From positions 806,001 through 870,000 of the forward strand of contig OZ237738.1 of assembly GCA_965178125.1 (NCBI GenBank): a DNA stretch of 64,000 nucleotides, in the 5' to 3' direction. The notes under the pieces were generated by a model. It searched no databases. It was given only the letters and a program-made list of their open reading frames with translations, and was not told where the DNA came from. The stretch is from Bilabrum cf. latius (lineage: Eukaryota). Positions 60,948 through 64,000 of this stretch are shown here, piece after piece. Made by a program: the position numbers and the translations under genes. How positions within the stretch are numbered: the stretch's first letter is position 1; the number at the start of each line of letters is the position of its first letter.

Positions 60948-62730
60948 ATGATCGGTACTCTGTTCGCAATTGCTCTTGCTTCTTTTCCTAGTGCTGATGC
61001 TCGGGGTGCCCTGCACTATGGCCGGCCAGAGGCTGATATCAGATCGACTTGTTCGTTCGAGGAGTGTGGGCAGCCACGTGACCTTTCCTCGCTGCTTCAC
61101 ATACCTGGGGCGGCCAAAAACGCCTCGAAAGTAGATATAGCACCCGGTGGTCATGGTAAGGCATCGAATGGAAGGGTCGTATTCATGCTATGGAGTCCTC
61201 GCTGCACTTAGCAACGCTGTTTGCATCGCGCAGAGCCATCCTCATCGCTCAGACGCTTATCATCTCATATGACGTCAATAACGAATCAGACTCTGTCTCC
61301 TTAATATCATGCATCGCAGCCGGGTTCTTTGAGGTCAACTAGACCCTGGACCAGCACACGTTCTTTTGGTACTTTCCTTCCACCGGATCGGAGACGAAGA
61401 CCCTCACGATCTGGCTGCAGGGTGGCCCCGGCGGGTCGTCTATGTTCGGCCTATTCTCCGAGGTTGGTCCATACAGCCTGAACTCTGCTCTTGAGCTCGA
61501 GCCCAGGAAGACAACTTGGCGAACCGACACGAACGCGCTCCTTGCCATCGATAATCCGCCGGGGACTGGATACTCGTACGTGGGCGAGCACGGGCAATAT
61601 TGCGAGGACTTCACTTGTTACGGGCGTTCCCTGTATGCGTTCATGCAGCAGTTCTACAAGGCCTTTCCCGAGGCGAAGGACTGGGACCTATTCATCACTG
61701 GGGAGTCGTATGCAGGCCACTACATTTCCTCTTTCGGCGCCCACATTGACACGATGAACAAGGCCAAGCTGCCCGATACGGTCCACGTACCTCTCCGCGG
61801 AGTAAGCATTGGAGACGGCTGGATCGACCCTATCAATCAGATGCCCATGTACCCCGCCCTTTTGCAGGCGCAAGGGCTGGCAAACAGCGTGCAGCGCCAG
61901 TTCTGGCAGGAGCAGTGCGATGCCGCCATCAAGGCCATGCAGGAGGGGCGCTACCTGGATTCTTTCACAATCTGGGACCTACTATTAAACGGTGACCTAC
62001 ACAATGGCCAGACGTACTACCACAACACGACGGGAATGACCGACTATGACAACTTCCTGAGGACAGACGCGCCCGTCAGCTTTGGCTATTTCTCCCAGTA
62101 CATGACCCAGCCCTCTGTTCGCAAGGCGCTGGGCGTAGGCAATGCGACCTTTCATTCCGGTCTCGAGGTCGAGAAGCACCTCCTGACAGACTTTATGGTG
62201 ACTCTGCTCCCAGAGTTCATCCAGATCCTCGAGTCGGAGGCGAACTACAGGGTGCTTGTGTACTCTGGTAACCTCGATGTGAGATGGGATGGGATGCTGG
62301 CAAAATGAAGTGTGACGGGTGCTGTGCGGCTTTCGATGTGCCGCATCGCTTACACCCCCGCCCCGCCATGTCCCTGTTCAACAACCGAGTGCTTCCTCTC
62401 CTTCGCATGTATCTCTCACTGCGCTTTCGCTTAGCAAACCTGTATCCCCGTATCCCTATGCTGCCGCAGGTCATCATCGGCGCCCTGCTAACCGACAACT
62501 TCGTGGACAAGATGCAGTGGAGCGGTGCTGCAGAGTACGCCAAGGCGGAGCGTGCCATCTGGAACACCCAAGGGCAGACCGGGGTCTCCGGGTACGTCCG
62601 CCGCGCCAAGAACTTTGCCCGAGCGGTCGTGCGTTCGGCCGGTCACATCGTTCCCTACGACCAGCCGGAGCGTGCCCTAGATATGTTCCTCCGTTTCAAG
62701 AATGGGGAGATGCCATTCTTCTCCGAGTGA
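60948..62730 (+). CDS. Serine carboxypeptidase, peptidase S10 (CPVL-like), secreted
   Basis: Signal peptide MIGTLFAIALASFPSADA; HAGFFEVN*TLDQHTFFWYFP; WLQGGPGGSSMFGLF; IDNPPGTGYSY; catalytic TGESYAG; YSGNLD/VII; AGHIVPYDQP. Introns ~61157-61319 and 62279-62470. TAG at 61340-61342. Ends at TGA. Confidence 0.95.
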
Positions 62731-63219
62731 TCGGGGGCATGACTCCGAGTGAGCATGAGCATGACTCGGAGGGGGTGTGGGTGGGACATCGTGCATTGCA
62801 ACCCTTGAATCGGCATGGATTGCAGTGCGCTGTGGTAAGCGGGGTCGTCGCGTCTTCTGTTGGAGTGTGCAAGGCATGTGCATGCTTTCCTGGAGAAGAC
62901 AAGGGAAAACGTACAGTTGGTGCTCCCGAGGGGCAGATCGATGATAATCGGTGTCCAGCCATAAACGCTGTGGCGCAGGTGCTGATGCACGTGCTGCTTT
63001 TTTGGCCGGTGCAGTTGCTAGACACCGTAGTGTGTGCCAGCAGGCAGGCAACAGGCAGGTGCCACGCTCCTGCCGGTCGCTGGTGGTCTGCTGTAGTGCC
63101 GCTCATCGAAACGCTTCTTTGGAGTAATCGCATATTTTTTGCAGTCATCCGTAGGTCTTTATTGATGGTGTGTTCGCGCATCGCACGCTCTCAAAGTCAC
63201 GAGGCCGACAGGCTCCCGG

Positions 63220-63740
63220 TTATCTCCTGCCCTACTCGCCTTGCTGCGCCACTTCAGCATCCTTAGTGGGGATTTCGCTCCCCAAGAACGATTCGAATGG
63301 ACTATTTTCATCCTAAGTCCTGCTAGATATCAACTGAATGCCAGCCTCTCCAGCACTCTTTTGAAGCTGCGCCAGCTGGGTGACATCGTCGCACAGCGGG
63401 TTGCCTGTCACATCCAGAAATCGAAGTGATTTCGGTGCAAGATCCTCTAGATTGAAACCTGTGATTGCATTGTCTGCTAAAGATAGCGCCTCGAGCTGCG
63501 TGCACTGCTTCCACAGCCCCGCGTGAGCGGATGTCAAGCAGTTGCTCGCTACGTCGACAGCGCACAGCCCGTCCAGGCCAGCAATTGACTCTGGCAGTGC
63601 AGTGAGCATATTTTTCTACAATATCAGAGCCGGTACACAACCTTCCAGCTTTGAAAGCACAACTGCAAGCCTGCAAGCACAAGCCCCACCTAGATGCTAA
63701 CACATTATGTTGCGGCAAAGCAGGTCCTTCGATGCGCGCA
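63220..63740 (-). CDS. Small leucine-rich repeat protein (3' part; start not resolved)
   Basis: ALIL*KNMLTALPESIAGLDGLCAVDVASNCL..LEALSLADNAI..LRFLDVTGNPLC. Frame reads through TAGs (e.g. 63313) to TAA at 63220-63222. Confidence 0.65.
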
Positions 63741-64000
63741 TTTCGATGACCTACGATGTATGCTTGCATGAAAGAGCCTGCGCAAGACTTCTTGAGCGCC
63801 GTACCCCTTTCATAGGCGAGATATGGTTATTCGTACATTTTCCAGAGTTGCACAGGTTCCCTTCGGTTCGTCAGGGTTCGCAGGCCGGTATTACGGCCCG
63901 GTAATCGAAATGTACAGGCTTCTACCGCGTTCACTGTATCGTATCTCATGCATTGACTGGCATAAATGTTATTTGCGGGTTGTTTGCTTTTGGGATGCGG

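Noticed and set aside
7711-62730. Region-wide pseudogenisation as the cause of the in-frame stops
   Set aside because: Decay or C-to-T hypermutation would also give TAA, TGA and frameshifts. Only TAG occurs, and catalytic motifs of essential genes are intact.
1-64000. tRNA (including a CUA suppressor) or rRNA genes
   Set aside because: None recognised by eye. A covariance-model search such as tRNAscan-SE would be needed to exclude them.

Overview
GC-rich, gene-dense eukaryotic nuclear DNA with short GT-AG introns. It looks like a protist, possibly a stramenopile/bicosoecid, but that is an inference. The main signal is a variant nuclear genetic code: conserved genes are repeatedly interrupted by in-frame TAG and by no other stop, and they end at TGA or TAA. 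UAG is therefore a sense codon, most likely Gln, while UAA and UGA still terminate. Read with UAG=Gln, the fragmented ORF track resolves into about 16 intact genes: a Ser/Gly/Val/Ala 15-residue-repeat protein (5'-truncated), an amino-acid transporter, a coiled-coil protein, a ~5,100-aa PH-domain ferlin-like protein ending in a Cys-rich CaaX-like tail, SF3B1, a divergent cytochrome-b5-reductase-like protein, two tandem Prx6-type peroxiredoxins, an LRRC40-like protein, a SMARCA2/4 (BRM/SNF2) remodeller, three C2H2 zinc-finger array genes, a CPVL-like serine carboxypeptidase and a partial LRR gene. Two structural features stand out. One is a 7.76-kb element with Ngaro-type split direct repeats (A1..B1A2..B2) that carries a 123/124-bp satellite instead of RT/recombinase genes. 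The other is a tandem triplication coupling a SNF2 bromodomain tail to minisatellite-like zinc-finger arrays that vary at the DNA-contacting positions.
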